Shown: one piece after another, positions 66,401-79,024 of the stretch
How positions within the stretch are numbered: the stretch's first letter is position 1
How the letters are laid out: every line of letters starts with the position of its first letter
Assembly (NCBI RefSeq): GCF_000400465.1
Contig: NW_008806283.1
Span: 20,001-268,000 of the forward strand
Reading direction: 5' to 3'
Length of the DNA stretch: 248,000 nt
Source of the DNA: Wallemia ichthyophaga EXF-994
Lineage: Eukaryota > Fungi > Basidiomycota
Made by a program: the position numbers and the translations under genes
The notes under the pieces: model-generated
Database searches by the model: none
What the model was told of the DNA's origin: nothing
The model's input: the letters and a program-made list of their open reading frames with translations, nothing else

Positions 66401-66936
66401 GAACGTAAGCTTGAATTAGTGGAGCGTAACCAAGACCAAAGTTGCCAACAGTGCGTGAGCAAGTGTCTAGCCAGCCGATGTGCTGTTGAATTTCGCGTAA
66501 AGTCTGAGATGACGTCAGACGTGTGTACTGGGAAGGTATAACGAGAGTCCACACGCACAATTGGATGGCCTTCCTGTACGATTTTGTGCACAACGATAAG
66601 AGCTTTGTAAGTTTGAACTTCATCGCTCATAATCGGCTGTACACGTAAACCAGACCAAATGGATTGTGAGGAGTGATAATCCCAAGTGTAAACAATACAT
66701 TCTGCGATAAGAATGATGAGCTCATGATTGTAATCTAAATAATAAAACTAACTTCTAACGTGCTTCTGCTTTGGTGCAGTCTCATCAGTATTCGTTGCTT
66801 TCTTAATATTGAGAGCGAGTTCAGTTTCAGCTTTATCGCGATCAACGGGTCTTGATGGCTGGTGGAAGCTGTCGTGAAATCCCTGCTGCCTTAATCTCGA
66901 CATGGTGATGGTGGTTGGTGTCAGCCTAACAACCAT
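63403..66936 (-). CDS. SLA2: Endocytic adaptor Sla2/End4 (ANTH, coiled coil, I/LWEQ)
   Basis: ETAPKQKHVRS, NNRWTEGLISAAK, EMEQQVEIL. Confidence 0.95.
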
Positions 66937-68278
66937 GAGTGATTTGGAAATTTCAAGACAAGAAAAGCTGGCGAGGGCCAGAAACCATTTGAAGAAGGCT
67001 CAGTCGAAGAAAAAGCACTCGAGTAGCGCTTCAAGAGACGTTTCTTCGTTATTCACTACAACTCCAACTGATCAGCCAAATTCTCCTTTATTCTCTCCTA
67101 CGCTTGATGAATCTGATAAGACGAGCGATTGGGATGCTTTGCAATCCTCGCTTCAGATTCAATCTGATAAGCAGCTTGACGTGGATCAGGCTGCGGATGA
67201 TTTTGATAAAGGTGATCAAGAGGGTGGATATGATGAGGCGAATGCGGTGGATGGAGTCGATGTAGTGAATTCGAGAGATGCAGGGGATGTGGTTGATACA
67301 GGTAATACAGCCGATACATTCGATACACTCGATAAAGCTGAGGAACCGCACGAGAAACGGGAGAATGCACAAGAATCACCCGAAATGCAACGGCAACAAC
67401 CGCCACTCACAGAAATTTCCTTAGAAGAGCTCAAACAGCAATTAAATGAAGCACACATTGATCATAGCGCGCAAATGAGCGAAAAGAAGAACACAATTGA
67501 TGCACTTGAAAAGACAATCATTGAACTGAAAAGCAACTCTGGAAATAGCGATGAAGTTAATAATTTAGAGAGGAAATTAGATTCAATACAGGCCCAATTA
67601 ATGTCGAACAAGCAATCACACCAAGAAACAAATTCAGCATTGCAACATAGTGAAAATGAGCGTAATCAGCAACGAGAGAATATTGATGCAATTGAGCAAA
67701 AGCTAAGTCATGCTTCGGAGCAGTTGTTGAGGAGTAAATTGGATAACAAGAGTGTTAGAGATGAGGTGGAGAGGGGTAATTCTGAGATTAAATCTTTGAA
67801 GGAGCAACTTAGCGAGCAGCTATCAACAATAAGTAATCTGCAAGAGATGGAAAAGGAGAAAGAGAGGCTATCCACCCTTTCTAGCAATTTGCAAGAGTCA
67901 AACGAATCTCTATCTCACCGTCTTTCACAGTTAGAGGAGGAGAATGCATCTCTAAAGCAAACTATAGAAAAGGACGCAGATAGAAAGAGTATCGAGAGTC
68001 TCGATAAGGGGGCATCAACAATACCATTGAATACTAATGGACACTTTGTCTCAGCAGCTGCACGCTCACTTATACCAAGCAGCGTGATGCATAAGCGTCG
68101 AGAATCGTTGCAGATGCTCAAGATACGTATGGATAGTCACATACAGCCAACACAAATGGACGCCGTCAATGAAGAGAGCCTGCCGCGCAACCAATTTATG
68201 ACCAACGACGACCCACTCTTCTTCTGTGCAGCTTGTGAGAATGAGAATGACGAGGGAGAAGGGTTGATTGTGTTGTAA
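66935..68278 (+). CDS. Golgin-like coiled-coil protein
   Basis: EKLARAR..LKK N-terminus, long coiled coil. Confidence 0.5.
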   Translation: MSDLEISRQEKLARARNHLKKAQSKKKHSSSASRDVSSLFTTTPTDQPNSPLFSPTLDESDKTSDWDALQSSLQIQSDKQLDVDQAADDFDKGDQEGGYDEANAVDGVDVVNSRDAGDVVDTGNTADTFDTLDKAEEPHEKRENAQESPEMQRQQPPLTEISLEELKQQLNEAHIDHSAQMSEKKNTIDALEKTIIELKSNSGNSDEVNNLERKLDSIQAQLMSNKQSHQETNSALQHSENERNQQRENIDAIEQKLSHASEQLLRSKLDNKSVRDEVERGNSEIKSLKEQLSEQLSTISNLQEMEKEKERLSTLSSNLQESNESLSHRLSQLEEENASLKQTIEKDADRKSIESLDKGASTIPLNTNGHFVSAAARSLIPSSVMHKRRESLQMLKIRMDSHIQPTQMDAVNEESLPRNQFMTNDDPLFFCAACENENDEGEGLIVL

Positions 68279-68526
68279 TGAGAATGAATTTGTTTGATAA
68301 GTGAGAATTAACAAGTGAGAATATGAGACATTAGATAGTGCCAGACATTATGGTAACAGACACATCAAACATACCAAACACTCTTGACATATAAATGGTT
68401 ATAGATTGTTTAATAGTATGACTGAAATGATCTCAGATACGATCGATATAAGAAGAGAGATAAGACAATTTAGATTTAATTATAAAGAATTCGTTTATCG
68501 GTTATAGATTTGAGTCATGGAAAATT

Positions 68527-69360
68527 TTAGGCTTGTTCACCTTGAGCTGGTTCATCTTCTTGCTTAACATCAGATTTCTCTTCTGGCTTTGAATCAGATT
68601 CTTGCATGTCCGAAGTCCATAAAGTGAGGTTATCACGTAAGAGTTGCATAATCAATGTGCTGTCTTTGTAGCTTTCCTCGGAGAGAGTGTCTAATTCAGC
68701 GATAGCGTCATCGAAGGCTTGCTTAGCGAGGTGACAAGCGCGGTCAGGAGAGTTAAGAATTTCATAGTAAAAGACTGAGAAGTTAAGAGCCAAGCCAAGT
68801 CTGATAGGGTGAGTTGGAGGAAGTTCAGTGACAGCGACGTCGGAAGCAGACTTGTAAGCCTCCAAAGAAGCTTCAGCTGATCCCTTTCTACGATCACCGG
68901 TAGCGAATTCAGCGAGGTAACGGTGGTAGTCACCCTTCATCTTGTGGTAGAAGACCTTTGATTCACCGGACGCAGCAGAAGGAATGAGGTGGCCATCGAG
69001 AACGTCGAGAATGTCTTCACATATCTTAGCCAATTCAAGCTCAATCTTCTCTCTGTAAGACTTAATCATGTGAACTTGAGAATCGTTGCCCTTAGACTCC
69101 TCCTTTTGCTCAATAGAGGATACGATTCTCCAAGAAGCTCTACGAGCACCGATGACGTTCTTGTAAGCGACAGAGAGCAAGTTACGTTCTTCAACGGTGA
69201 GTTCTTGATCAGAGGAGGCCACCTTCTTCATAGATTCGACCATTTCTGGGTGGATTGTGAGCTGAGAGTGAGACACGTGAAGCACCCACACACCTTCATA
69301 ACGCTCAGCTTGCTCAGCGAGTTTAGCGAGGTAAACGTGGTCTTCACGGGTTTCAGTCAT
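68527..69360 (-). CDS. BMH1: 14-3-3 protein
   Basis: [35 protein letters not shown]. Confidence 0.98.
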   Translation of the reverse strand: MTETREDHVYLAKLAEQAERYEGVWVLHVSHSQLTIHPEMVESMKKVASSDQELTVEERNLLSVAYKNVIGARRASWRIVSSIEQKEESKGNDSQVHMIKSYREKIELELAKICEDILDVLDGHLIPSAASGESKVFYHKMKGDYHRYLAEFATGDRRKGSAEASLEAYKSASDVAVTELPPTHPIRLGLALNFSVFYYEILNSPDRACHLAKQAFDDAIAELDTLSEESYKDSTLIMQLLRDNLTLWTSDMQESDSKPEEKSDVKQEDEPAQGEQA

Positions 69361-70169
69361 TTCTACGGGTATTGTTAGGATTTTTGTATTTTTAGTGCGA
69401 GTGCGTGTGCGTTGGGTGCAAGTGAGGTGAAGGAAATTCCAGACTTTGACGTTTCATAAAGGAGAAATTTTTAAAGAAATTCAAGAGAGTGGCAGTGGGA
69501 GCGTGGTGGCTGTGTGTTGCAGGCAGCCCAGTATCACCACCAAGCTCCCCCACTCCCGCTCACCCACTCTTAAGCCACGTCACCGAAAAACCGCAGTGAC
69601 GCGTGGATGTATGAATACACCACGCAGCCACCCAATCTCGCACTCCCGCCAACGCCCACGCTTCGCCTCACCCACCTTGTTGTCTGTGTTAGATGGTATT
69701 CTGCGTAGGCTTCGAATAATCGATCCATTTCATCAAAGCGTAAAAAAAATTACAAAGTAAAAATCCTATTGTAGGTTATTGTGAGATGTGGAGGGGTCTG
69801 GGAGGCATGTTAGCCACTCTGCGCTTGTTACACATTTATACACGTTATCAGTGGTGCTAGCGGGTGGCCACGGCGTAAAGGGGTGTGCAGAGCGGGGAGT
69901 GTAATAAATGAATAAATATACTTGTAAAAATGGATTGTATATCAAAATAATTATATCTGCCAAATTGAGCGGCTTAAACAGCGTATATCAGCGTATATGA
70001 CACGAACCAGGAAAATAGACGGCGTTCGTAGTCTGCTGAGCCATCCAGCTTTGCAGTGTGCACCGAAGTCTAGACCTGTTTATCAGCTTAACCAGCTTAA
70101 TCGGGTCAACAACCCCTACTGTTAGTAGTGTTCTAATTCAAAAACCACGCTAAAAACACTCCAGTATCG

Positions 70170-70943
70170 ATGCTAGCTACACCACTGCGCTGGTGTGCTG
70201 TATCCAAGTACAAATACCCCAGTGCGCTACTCCTGCGCTTCAGAGTGGTCCAAGGTGTGCTACAGCTGCGAGACAAGGCGTCCACCAACAATTCAAACTC
70301 ACTCGGTAAAGGAATGAGTGTGCTTTGTCGGCGCAGTGCACTCGAGTGTATGCTAAATGACAAGCTCTGGATGAGGTTATCGCGAAATGCGAGTGTACCT
70401 AGCCATTTCGTACACGCAGTACAATCGCAGCTGGTGGATGGAGTGGTGGCTGAGTTAGATGGCATTCTGCGTAAGCTGCGCAGTAATTGTGTTGAGCCGG
70501 ATCAATCGTTTCAATCGGATCACCCAGCGTGGTTAATGCAGCGTCAGACAATCGCTACAACAAACACAACTTTATTCGTCGGTTTCTATATCACTCTGGC
70601 ATCAACACCAACACACACAGTCCCATTCAGCCGCCTCACTCAAGGAACATACAGCTCACCGATCTACACGTTCAGCGACAAATACGCAGACAAATACCAG
70701 CTAAACGCGATTCGTTATCGTCTGAGCAAATTAGAAGAGCAGCTGCGACGCCGGGGATGCAACACTGGCCAAAACACCTCCGACACGTTTGCATTTGGGT
70801 TCGGCAGAGTGAGTGATGCACACCTGTCCATCGATCTCACCCCTCTCGCCGTGGCGCTGTGGAGATGTAGAATGTGGCATGAGGATGAGCTGGTTTTAGA
70901 GGGTTTTGGGTTGAATAGTGGGGATATTAGGGTGATACGGTAG
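70170..70943 (+). CDS. Hypothetical protein
   Basis: 257-aa ORF. Confidence 0.45.
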   Translation: MLATPLRWCAVSKYKYPSALLLRFRVVQGVLQLRDKASTNNSNSLGKGMSVLCRRSALECMLNDKLWMRLSRNASVPSHFVHAVQSQLVDGVVAELDGILRKLRSNCVEPDQSFQSDHPAWLMQRQTIATTNTTLFVGFYITLASTPTHTVPFSRLTQGTYSSPIYTFSDKYADKYQLNAIRYRLSKLEEQLRRRGCNTGQNTSDTFAFGFGRVSDAHLSIDLTPLAVALWRCRMWHEDELVLEGFGLNSGDIRVIR

Positions 70944-71039
70944 ATTATCAATCAGCATATCAATCAGCACTATCATCATATCATCATCATATCATCAATA
71001 ATACAGTGAGCAGTGAGTGAATCTTCACAACTGTCTCGT

Positions 71040-71797
71040 TTAACTATACGAACTGTACGGCGGTGGATTCTCTTGTCCCTGCTGCCTCTCCTCGTTAGCG
71101 TCCGCATCAGCACCTCTAGCGGCCATAGCAGCGTGCACGCTATCGTCGTGTACCTGATACGAGTAATCTGGGGTAGGATTGCTGCTGTGATTAGACTCGC
71201 TTTCGTATTTAGGCAGGGGTTCATTCTGGGGTGCGTTTGAGTAAGCACCCAGACGCTCTCTGGCTTCTTCAACCCCCTGGTAGAATTCGAAGGTGGATCC
71301 CTGGCTGAACCAGACTTTGAGGTCAGCGCCCTGGTTGAAGCCGTTGGAGTAGGTGTGTTGGTTGTAGTCGTTGTCGTTGTTGTCGTTGTCATTCTCACCA
71401 CCCCGATCACCCCGATCACCCCGATCGTCAATACCGCTGCCACTCCCACCAGGCAGAATAGTAGCCTCCCAACGATTCGCGCCGAGGAGTGGCTGGGCGA
71501 GGTAGCCATCAGCGACGTACTGGAGGAGCACACTGAGGCTGCGAATGGATTCGTGGGCGGGTGAGAGAAATACTATACGCTTGTTGGTAAGGAAGATGCT
71601 GCCGTGTGCATCATAAACGCGTCCAGGAGCACTGAGGCTGATGCGCAACTGGACGTCGTCGTAGCTGAGTATTATCTTCTCCTCTGTGTGCAGAGTGAGA
71701 TTGTGACAGTGAGCCAGAATCGAACACCCAACCTACCGGGGAATTCAACGGGTCTTGTGCCGTCTTGATTGGTCATTGAGTTGTTGATTGCAGCCAT
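71040..71797 (-). CDS. WW-domain-binding protein 2 / GRAM-like
   Basis: GSIFLTNKRIVF, PLPKY and PPPY motifs. Confidence 0.7.
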
Positions 71798-72415
71798 TGT
71801 TGTGGTGGTGGTTAGGGAGTAAGGGGATTAATCAATAATATCAATAATATCAATAATAAAATATAAATGGCTATCCTTGTGTGCATATTCACTCATTCTC
71901 ACTTCCTGCTTCCCACTCCCACCACCCATGTCCAGATTCATCAGAGGCTCTCTCAGTGGTTTCGCTGTTGCTGCCGCAGCCAGCTACAGCTTTAGTAGTG
72001 CTATTGGTGCACGCACTGACTCTATTTCTGCCGAGTGAGTTGCGTCTTCACTCCTCGCACTTCCCACTAAGCCACCAAAAGACTCGCGGAAATACGCGAT
72101 TTCTATGGCACACACGCACCCCAACCTGACTCTCCCTCTCACAAGAAAGCCTACGTCAAATCCCCAGATGCATCTCTCGCTGAGCTCATCGCGACCAAGT
72201 GGAACGACCACATCCTCTCCCTAGTAGCCAGTGCCAGGAGGTTCGACTACTATGAGGCGGGTGACACGATGCTCAACTGGGCTGTCCAGAGTATCCGCGG
72301 TGGTAGTCCTAGCCAGGTAGACAAGGTAGACAGCACACTCAACACACCCACACACACCAGTACACCGCAGAAACTTGTATAACAAACCCAGCGCATGCAT
72401 CCCTAGCTCTATAAT

Positions 72416-74224
72416 TCACAGCCCTCTGTACTCCTCCCAGCCAACCTTCTCCATTTTATCCACCTTAGCGTAGACCTCCTCTTCCAGGCGGTGCTTATAC
72501 GTGTCGAGAGCATCCAACAAGCGTGGCATGCCCGCTGCAACGATCCTCACCGCGAGAAGACCAGCGTTAACACCCCCGTTAATAGCAACGGTAGCGACGG
72601 GGATTCCGCGTGGCATCTGCACGATAGAATGAAGGCTATCGACGCCATCTAGCGAGCTGCCTTTAACGGGTACGCCAATCACTGGGAGTGGGGTCATAGC
72701 TGCGATCATACCCGGTAAGTGTGCAGCTCCACCGGCGCCAGCTACTATGCAGCGCACGCCACGCGCGCGCGCACTGTGTGCGAATTGTGCCATGCGCTGT
72801 GGTGTGCGGTGTGCAGAAACCACTGTTAACTCATACTCCACGCCAAGCTCACCCAACATGGCTCCCGCCCCGCTCATCACCTTGAGATCCGAGTCACTTC
72901 CCATCACTACGCTTACGAGTGGGTGCGATGGGTTAGTGCGTGTGGTGGTCTTGTCGGTTTCAACTTGTTTGATGGACGGTGGGAGGAGTGTGGAGATGTG
73001 CGCGAGTGCGCTGGACACCACGCCCGAGCTGGATGACTTACTTGGCAACAGTGCCGTGAGTGTGTCCACATGGTCATGCACACTCGCTGCACTTTCCCCT
73101 ACTACCGTGACGTGTCCCATCTTGCGTCCCTTCCTACACCCCGCCTTGCCGTATAAATGGACATGAGCTCCCGGCAGAGTGAGCGCTTTACGAGCGAGCT
73201 TCATTACTCCCTCTTCCGTCCCATCGTCCCTGCCGAGGAGGTTAACCATAGCAGCGTACGGCACGACCATCTGCGTATCGCCGAGCGGGAGGTCGAGAAT
73301 AGCGCGGAGATGGTTATCGTACTGGGAGGTAGCACAAGCCTCGATAGTATAATGACCCGAGTTATGTGGCCTTGGAGCTATCTCATTGAGCAGTATCTGT
73401 CCATCAGCGAGAAGGAACATCTCCACACCGAAAACACCCGCACCTACGAAAGTGCTGATAGCGTTGGTGGCCACGTCGCGCGCGCGCGACTGCACACTCG
73501 CATCAGACGCAAGGAGAGGTGCATACACAACACTGCAAACGCTGTCCTCGTGCACCGTCTCAACGGCGGGATACGCCACTACTTGTCCACCAACTGAACG
73601 GACGACCATCACTGCGATCTCGGCAGTGAACGGGGCAAGTTCTTCCACATACAGCCCTCCCTTGCCGGCTGTCTGCGCGAGCGTGCTGACGGCTGTCTGT
73701 GCCTCTTGAGCACTCTTGACGAGGTAGTTGCCTTTACCGTCGTAAGCCTGTTTGCGGGCCTTGAGCATGACGGGGAAACCGCTAAGGTGGTTTGAGACGG
73801 CGGAGAGGAGCGCGTCAGCGGATTGCTCCTCCAGCGGTACGCTCCTCGCTACGGGGATGCGGTGGTGCATCAAGTGCTCCTTCTGCGTGTACTTGTCCTG
73901 GATTGTGCGGATGGTGGATGGTGATGGAGAGACTTGCACGCGCCCGCCCATATCACGCTCTACCTCCTCAAGCACGTCCACGTTAACGTGCTCGATCTCG
74001 ACTGTGAGGATATCTACGCGCCCAGCAAGCTCTTTGATAGCAGCTGGGTCGTTGAATGAGCCTAAGACGTGGCCTCCCTGCCTATTGGATACCTGCTTGG
74101 CCGGTGACTGCGTATCCCCCTCCAACACCACTATATCCAGATTCATCAACTGCCCCGCTTGGATGAGCATTCGGCCGAGCTGTCCCCCGCCGAGGATCCC
74201 TATTTTGCGTGTATCGATTGACAT
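72416..74224 (-). CDS. ADE2: Phosphoribosylaminoimidazole carboxylase
   Basis: GILGGGQLGRML, NEIAPRPHNSGH, SAHRTP, AGGAAHLPGM. Confidence 0.97.
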   Translation of the reverse strand: MSIDTRKIGILGGGQLGRMLIQAGQLMNLDIVVLEGDTQSPAKQVSNRQGGHVLGSFNDPAAIKELAGRVDILTVEIEHVNVDVLEEVERDMGGRVQVSPSPSTIRTIQDKYTQKEHLMHHRIPVARSVPLEEQSADALLSAVSNHLSGFPVMLKARKQAYDGKGNYLVKSAQEAQTAVSTLAQTAGKGGLYVEELAPFTAEIAVMVVRSVGGQVVAYPAVETVHEDSVCSVVYAPLLASDASVQSRARDVATNAISTFVGAGVFGVEMFLLADGQILLNEIAPRPHNSGHYTIEACATSQYDNHLRAILDLPLGDTQMVVPYAAMVNLLGRDDGTEEGVMKLARKALTLPGAHVHLYGKAGCRKGRKMGHVTVVGESAASVHDHVDTLTALLPSKSSSSGVVSSALAHISTLLPPSIKQVETDKTTTRTNPSHPLVSVVMGSDSDLKVMSGAGAMLGELGVEYELTVVSAHRTPQRMAQFAHSARARGVRCIVAGAGGAAHLPGMIAAMTPLPVIGVPVKGSSLDGVDSLHSIVQMPRGIPVATVAINGGVNAGLLAVRIVAAGMPRLLDALDTYKHRLEEEVYAKVDKMEKVGWEEYRGL

Positions 74225-74428
74225 TATTTAATTTTATTTTAAATCGATCTTGGTGGTTAGATGGAGAGATACGAGATGGCCATCTCCCTTGCTTCCCGAC
74301 GACGACGACGATAATTTATTTAAATGGCGCCACACGTACAGCCATCGGAGGTGCGTTGATCTTCTATCCCTGCTGCCGTCTCTCACGCGCTGCAGTTCCT
74401 CCGCGATCTCGCTGAGCTGTTTGAGCGG

Positions 74429-74905
74429 GTGAGTGGGAGTGTGAGCAGTGGCAGTGGCAGTGGCACTGTATTCCTCACGCAGAAACGCTACCAATACCAC
74501 GATAAAGAAGGTGCAGAAATGGATATCGACGCAGACAGCCCAAATCCCGCGCAATTCCATGTTCTCCTCAGAGCTACTGCCCAAATAGACGATAAACAGT
74601 ACAAATCAGCCACGCGCATCCCTTCTGACCAGCTCGATGGCTTTGTTGCGCACTACAACTCTCTCCTCCACGCCCACCTTCACTCCAATCTCCGCAAGAG
74701 AGACAGGAAGAGAGAGAAACGTAAGGCGGATATTGCCGCTGTGAGGAAACGCAGACTAGAGACGCCCGTCGATATACCCCACTCTAAACGCGGTAGCGGG
74801 AGGCGTAAGTTTCAACGTAAAGTTAAAGCTGAACAGAGGAGGCTAGCTGCTTTGCACACGGTAGCAAGTGGCACGAGTGGGCAGAATACTTTGAAAATTC
74901 CTTAA
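74429..74905 (+). CDS. SRP14: Signal recognition particle subunit Srp14
   Basis: GTVFLTQKR, VLLRAT, LRKRDRK. Confidence 0.7.
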   Translation: MSGSVSSGSGSGTVFLTQKRYQYHDKEGAEMDIDADSPNPAQFHVLLRATAQIDDKQYKSATRIPSDQLDGFVAHYNSLLHAHLHSNLRKRDRKREKRKADIAAVRKRRLETPVDIPHSKRGSGRRKFQRKVKAEQRRLAALHTVASGTSGQNTLKIP

Positions 74906-74950
74906 AATCACTGAAATTGATGGATATCGCTTTTTACATGACAGATTCAT

Positions 74951-76500
74951 TCATCGATAGGCCATAGATGATCTCCACGCACTCGCCGTTGTTATCCGGC
75001 GTGCTTGGTCGTATGTTATGGCTCCTTGACGGTATTGGACGCCGGCATCATCTGTTGCATCTGTTGCATCATCGTCAGCACCCCCACCTAGCTGCTCTTC
75101 TATCATTTCCTCCTCATCAGAATCATTCATCGTGTCGTCACCCCCTCTGACCCCGCCAAACGACGCCGAGGTGCTGCCGACGGGTGTAGCCATGATGCTC
75201 GTCTGTTGAGGAGATGCCTCGAATGCAGCGAATGAAGACAGAGGCTTGCGTGAGTGTGAAGCACTAGCACTACTACCACTTGCAGCACTTGCACCGCGTG
75301 GTGGAAGTGCAGGTGCACCTGTTGTGAAAGAATATGAAGGTGGAGACGCGTAACGCTGCGAGAGATACTTATCAGTGAAACGCGATCCCGGTACCTAATC
75401 AAGTGAATTAACCAGCATATCAACTACACAAACACTCTAACGCACCCTTTTCACGACCCCTTTCGCCTCCTGTAACCCCGCTACACCCCTCCATACCTGA
75501 AAGTTATGTTCAGCTTCCGGGCTATCTCTGTAGATGTTCTCTACGTGTATCCTTCCCGTATTTTCATTCCTTAACATGAGAGTTTCGTGGAGTGCGCGTG
75601 CGACATCGTCGACGCTCTCATGCATCCCGTGTACGCGCTCGGCGACCGCCCCACCCACTTCTCCGATAAGTCTCTCCATATCCATCTGTTCAAGGGCACT
75701 GCCGATGATGACCTGAGCGAGGAAGCTGGCGGAAACGAGAGGAATGAGCAGCCCGCCCGTGAGATCGGCGAGTGCGCGAAAGAAGTCGGTCGCATACTGG
75801 TACCCGCTCAGAGCAGGCTCGCAAGCGACTACGAAGAGCGTTATAGAGGAGCTCGCCATTGCGCGCGCTAGTTGAAGCGGGTCGTAGCCGCAGGGAGAGC
75901 CGTCGGGAAAGCCATCACCATACTCCCCTATACCGTGAGGTGGAGCATCCGCTACGAGCACTGCCATCTTGCTCGCATGCGCCCGCCATGGCATCGCATA
76001 TACCGCCTCGCGCATAGCTATCGTTACACCTTCTGGCCCGTCGCCGCCGCCGGATGCATAGAGCGACCTGTACACGGTGTAAGCGTAAGCCAGTGTACTT
76101 TTAATGATAAAGTGATGCACTGATGCTCATGTCGTCATCCAACTTGAGCCCCTATCACTCACTGCTACCTACTTGAGATTCTCGCGCATTTCGTCATAGT
76201 CGTGCGTAAAGCCAAAGTTCTTGAATTCATACGTGTAGTCCTGTGGTTTGCTGTCCTGGGAGGGGTGAGAATGCGTTAAGACACGCAGTGACACCAACTC
76301 GGTAGGAAATCAAACCCAATCTCAACGCGGACTCGCCGATCAGCTTCTGTGAGTGTATAATAGACTGGCATATATCGATAACGTTCTTTGTGGCGTTGTC
76401 GAGGTAGCTGCCCATACTACCGGTGGAATCCATGATGAAGAGTAGATCGCTGGGTATTTGAATGAGGAGAATACGATAATATATATTCATCCACGTACAT
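74951..76500 (-). CDS. von Willebrand factor A domain protein
   Basis: DLLFIMDSTGSMG, GGGDGPE, LVADAPPHG. Confidence 0.8.
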
Positions 76501-76730
76501 GCTTGTGCTGGTGTCGTTGACGTGTATATCCTCGTATCCAGCCTTCTGGGGCAAGTCAACGCCTGGAGAAGCGTGGTAGAGCGGGATAGCGGGCGGAGTG
76601 GGAGTATCAGTATCAATGTCCTTGTAATTGGTGAGTGGTTTATGCGTGGTGCGTGGTGCTCCCTATACACACCATTTGATAGTGGTGGAATGGGGGCAAG
76701 CGGTTAATTACCCACCACCACCACACCACC

Positions 76731-77840
76731 ATGGATAACAAGCGTAGAAACGATGAATCCCAGGAACATCAATCGCAATCCAAGAAACCGAGAAGGAAGA
76801 ACGTATCCAGCGCGTGCTTGTATTGCAGGAGAAGCCACATGACTTGCGATCAAGGAAGGCCGTGTCAGCGATGCATAAAGCGTAACATACCCCACTTATG
76901 CCACGATCCACCTAGCAAGAAGGATGATAATGATTTGGATTCATTCGATGCACATACTCAGCCCATACAGCCCACTCAGTCCACTTTAGTACAGCCCCCA
77001 CCAACCAATACCAGCCTTGGCTTTGATTTGGAGTTCGGCGGTAGCTTGGATGACTTGCTCAACGCACTTGGAATGCCTGAAAATCTTCATCCCAACTCAA
77101 TGTCTAACAATATACCTTACGCAGCGGCATCCACTAGCACCACCAACACTAATGGTATATCCCGTGCTCAAACTCCAAGCTACATACAGAACCCGAAACA
77201 CCGCTTCTTCTTCACTGCTGCTAATCCACCGATCCATTCCACCAGGGAGGAGCGACTGAAAGCTGTCCTTACTGCTAAACACGAAGCTGGTCTACTTAAA
77301 CCATTTAATTACGTCAATGGCTACGCTAAGCTTGGTAACTACCTTAACCAATCTGTTTCACCGCGAAATCGAGTGAAAATTCAATCATATTTGTCACGTA
77401 TCAGATCACAATTCGCTAACATCGCTTCTAATCTCTCGGAATGGGATCTCACAACTACAGAAGAGAGTTTTGAGAGACTGCTACTCGATTACGATAGAGT
77501 CTTCTCCATGATCGCCCTACCTAGCTGCTGCTGGAGACGAACAGGTGAAATATACAAAGCTAATAGGGAATTCGCAGATATAGTGGGTTGTGACGTCGAT
77601 ACACTAAAGACTGGCGAAATCAGCGTACACGAGTTACTCGACGAGGACAGCTTGACAAATTACTGGAGCAAATACGCTCAGTTGGCATTCAATTTCGAGA
77701 GTAAAGGTGTTCTTACTGCCGGATCGCTTATCAATAAACACAACTCCGCCTCGATTCCTTGCAATTTTAGCTTCAATATTCGCAGAGATGCGTTTGGAAT
77801 ACCGCTCATGATCGTCGCAAACTTTATGCCACTGTCGTAA
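76731..77840 (+). CDS. Zn2Cys6-PAS transcription factor (Ert1/Rds2/AcuK type)
   Basis: CLYCRRSHMTCDQGRPCQRC, CWRRTGEI. Confidence 0.85.
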   Translation: MDNKRRNDESQEHQSQSKKPRRKNVSSACLYCRRSHMTCDQGRPCQRCIKRNIPHLCHDPPSKKDDNDLDSFDAHTQPIQPTQSTLVQPPPTNTSLGFDLEFGGSLDDLLNALGMPENLHPNSMSNNIPYAAASTSTTNTNGISRAQTPSYIQNPKHRFFFTAANPPIHSTREERLKAVLTAKHEAGLLKPFNYVNGYAKLGNYLNQSVSPRNRVKIQSYLSRIRSQFANIASNLSEWDLTTTEESFERLLLDYDRVFSMIALPSCCWRRTGEIYKANREFADIVGCDVDTLKTGEISVHELLDEDSLTNYWSKYAQLAFNFESKGVLTAGSLINKHNSASIPCNFSFNIRRDAFGIPLMIVANFMPLS

Positions 77841-78034
77841 TTAGCATTATGGCATTATGTATTCAATTAAGAGGTAGCGAGTAGGTTACAAGATCCGTAT
77901 CGCTAGGCGTGTTGGCGTTATCAAGAAATTTCAAATGTAAATATAAATTGAGTAATCAGGAGTAATTTGAGTTGATGATCATTAAGTGAGCCAGACGACT
78001 AAGCAATCCCTGCTCAGTGTTTGAGGTGCCAAAA

Positions 78035-78679
78035 TTATGCGGAGATAGGACCACTTGAGGAGCGCGATCTCACTGAGATGACGATGATGACAATCATAGC
78101 GAGGAAAATGAGTACTTTGAGGATGTTAAGTGGATGAGACATAAAATTTTCAAGCGGACAACTCACCAGTGTCAATCCACGTGAGACCCAAAATGGCGTT
78201 GAGGTGGTGACAATAAGTGTAGTCTGCGAATTTGCAGCTGACACCGCCACCAAGCTCAGCAGTGATCGCAGCAGCACCTGCAAGCCAAATACAGAAGGTG
78301 AGAACGACCCAAATGAGGCTGAAGTGGTTAGATGGGGAGAGTGGATCGATGAGAGACTTACTGTGACGCAACGCTCAATAGAACACCGCCAGAACCCATT
78401 GGAACAGCGAGGAATCCAACGAGATAAGCGGAGGCAGTCACTATAGTCCATAGTGAACAGACTGTGGCGGGTGACGGTGAGAATTTTCACAGCGTATAAA
78501 AGACACCACGCACACAAGATGTATCTGACAGTGTTGGAAACGCCCTCGCTTAGGAAGCTGTCGTCGCTGTTGTAACGATCAACGAGGAAAGCGGAGATGG
78601 ACATGAGGACGATGGAGAAGAGAATGAGGACGCCAAAGTAAATTGGGTGACCCTTCTTGATTGCTGTTTCTGTGGCCAT
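78035..78679 (-). CDS. MARVEL-domain membrane protein
   Basis: Four TM segments, WLAGAAAIT. Confidence 0.65.
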   Translation of the reverse strand: MATETAIKKGHPIYFGVLILFSIVLMSISAFLVDRYNSDDSFLSEGVSNTVRYILCAWCLLYAVKILTVTRHSLFTMDYSDCLRLSRWIPRCSNGFWRCSIERCVTVSLSSIHSPHLTTSASFGSFSPSVFGLQVLLRSLLSLVAVSAANSQTTLIVTTSTPFWVSRGLTLVSCPLENFMSHPLNILKVLIFLAMIVIIVISVRSRSSSGPISA

Positions 78680-79024
78680 TTTAAGATAATTCGATTATTT
78701 CGATGGTGGTCGTTGTGGATCAACAATTTTTGGTGACGCCGGCTCCAATTTAATCTTTGGTCGGTGGGAAAGGCGATGGACTGACGTGATGTGTGTGTGA
78801 TATGATATCGCTCATTGCTTGTAGATTCTGTATGCTTTGTGTGCCTTGTGTACTCCCCCTATCGCCCTCGTCTGCGTGTCGTTCACCCCTATAGGCTCGC
78901 AAAACGGCGAAAGTTAATTAGAAAAGAGATGGCTGGTGATAGCGTGAATATTTTCAATTCCTTCATTCCTTCATTTGTTTCCTCTTCTCCGATGATTCCC
79001 TCTCCTCGTTTTCCCCCATCAGCC

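Noticed and set aside
71800-72400. Probable small multi-exon gene next to ADE2
   Set aside because: Could not establish a consistent frame or family, so it is not reported as a feature.
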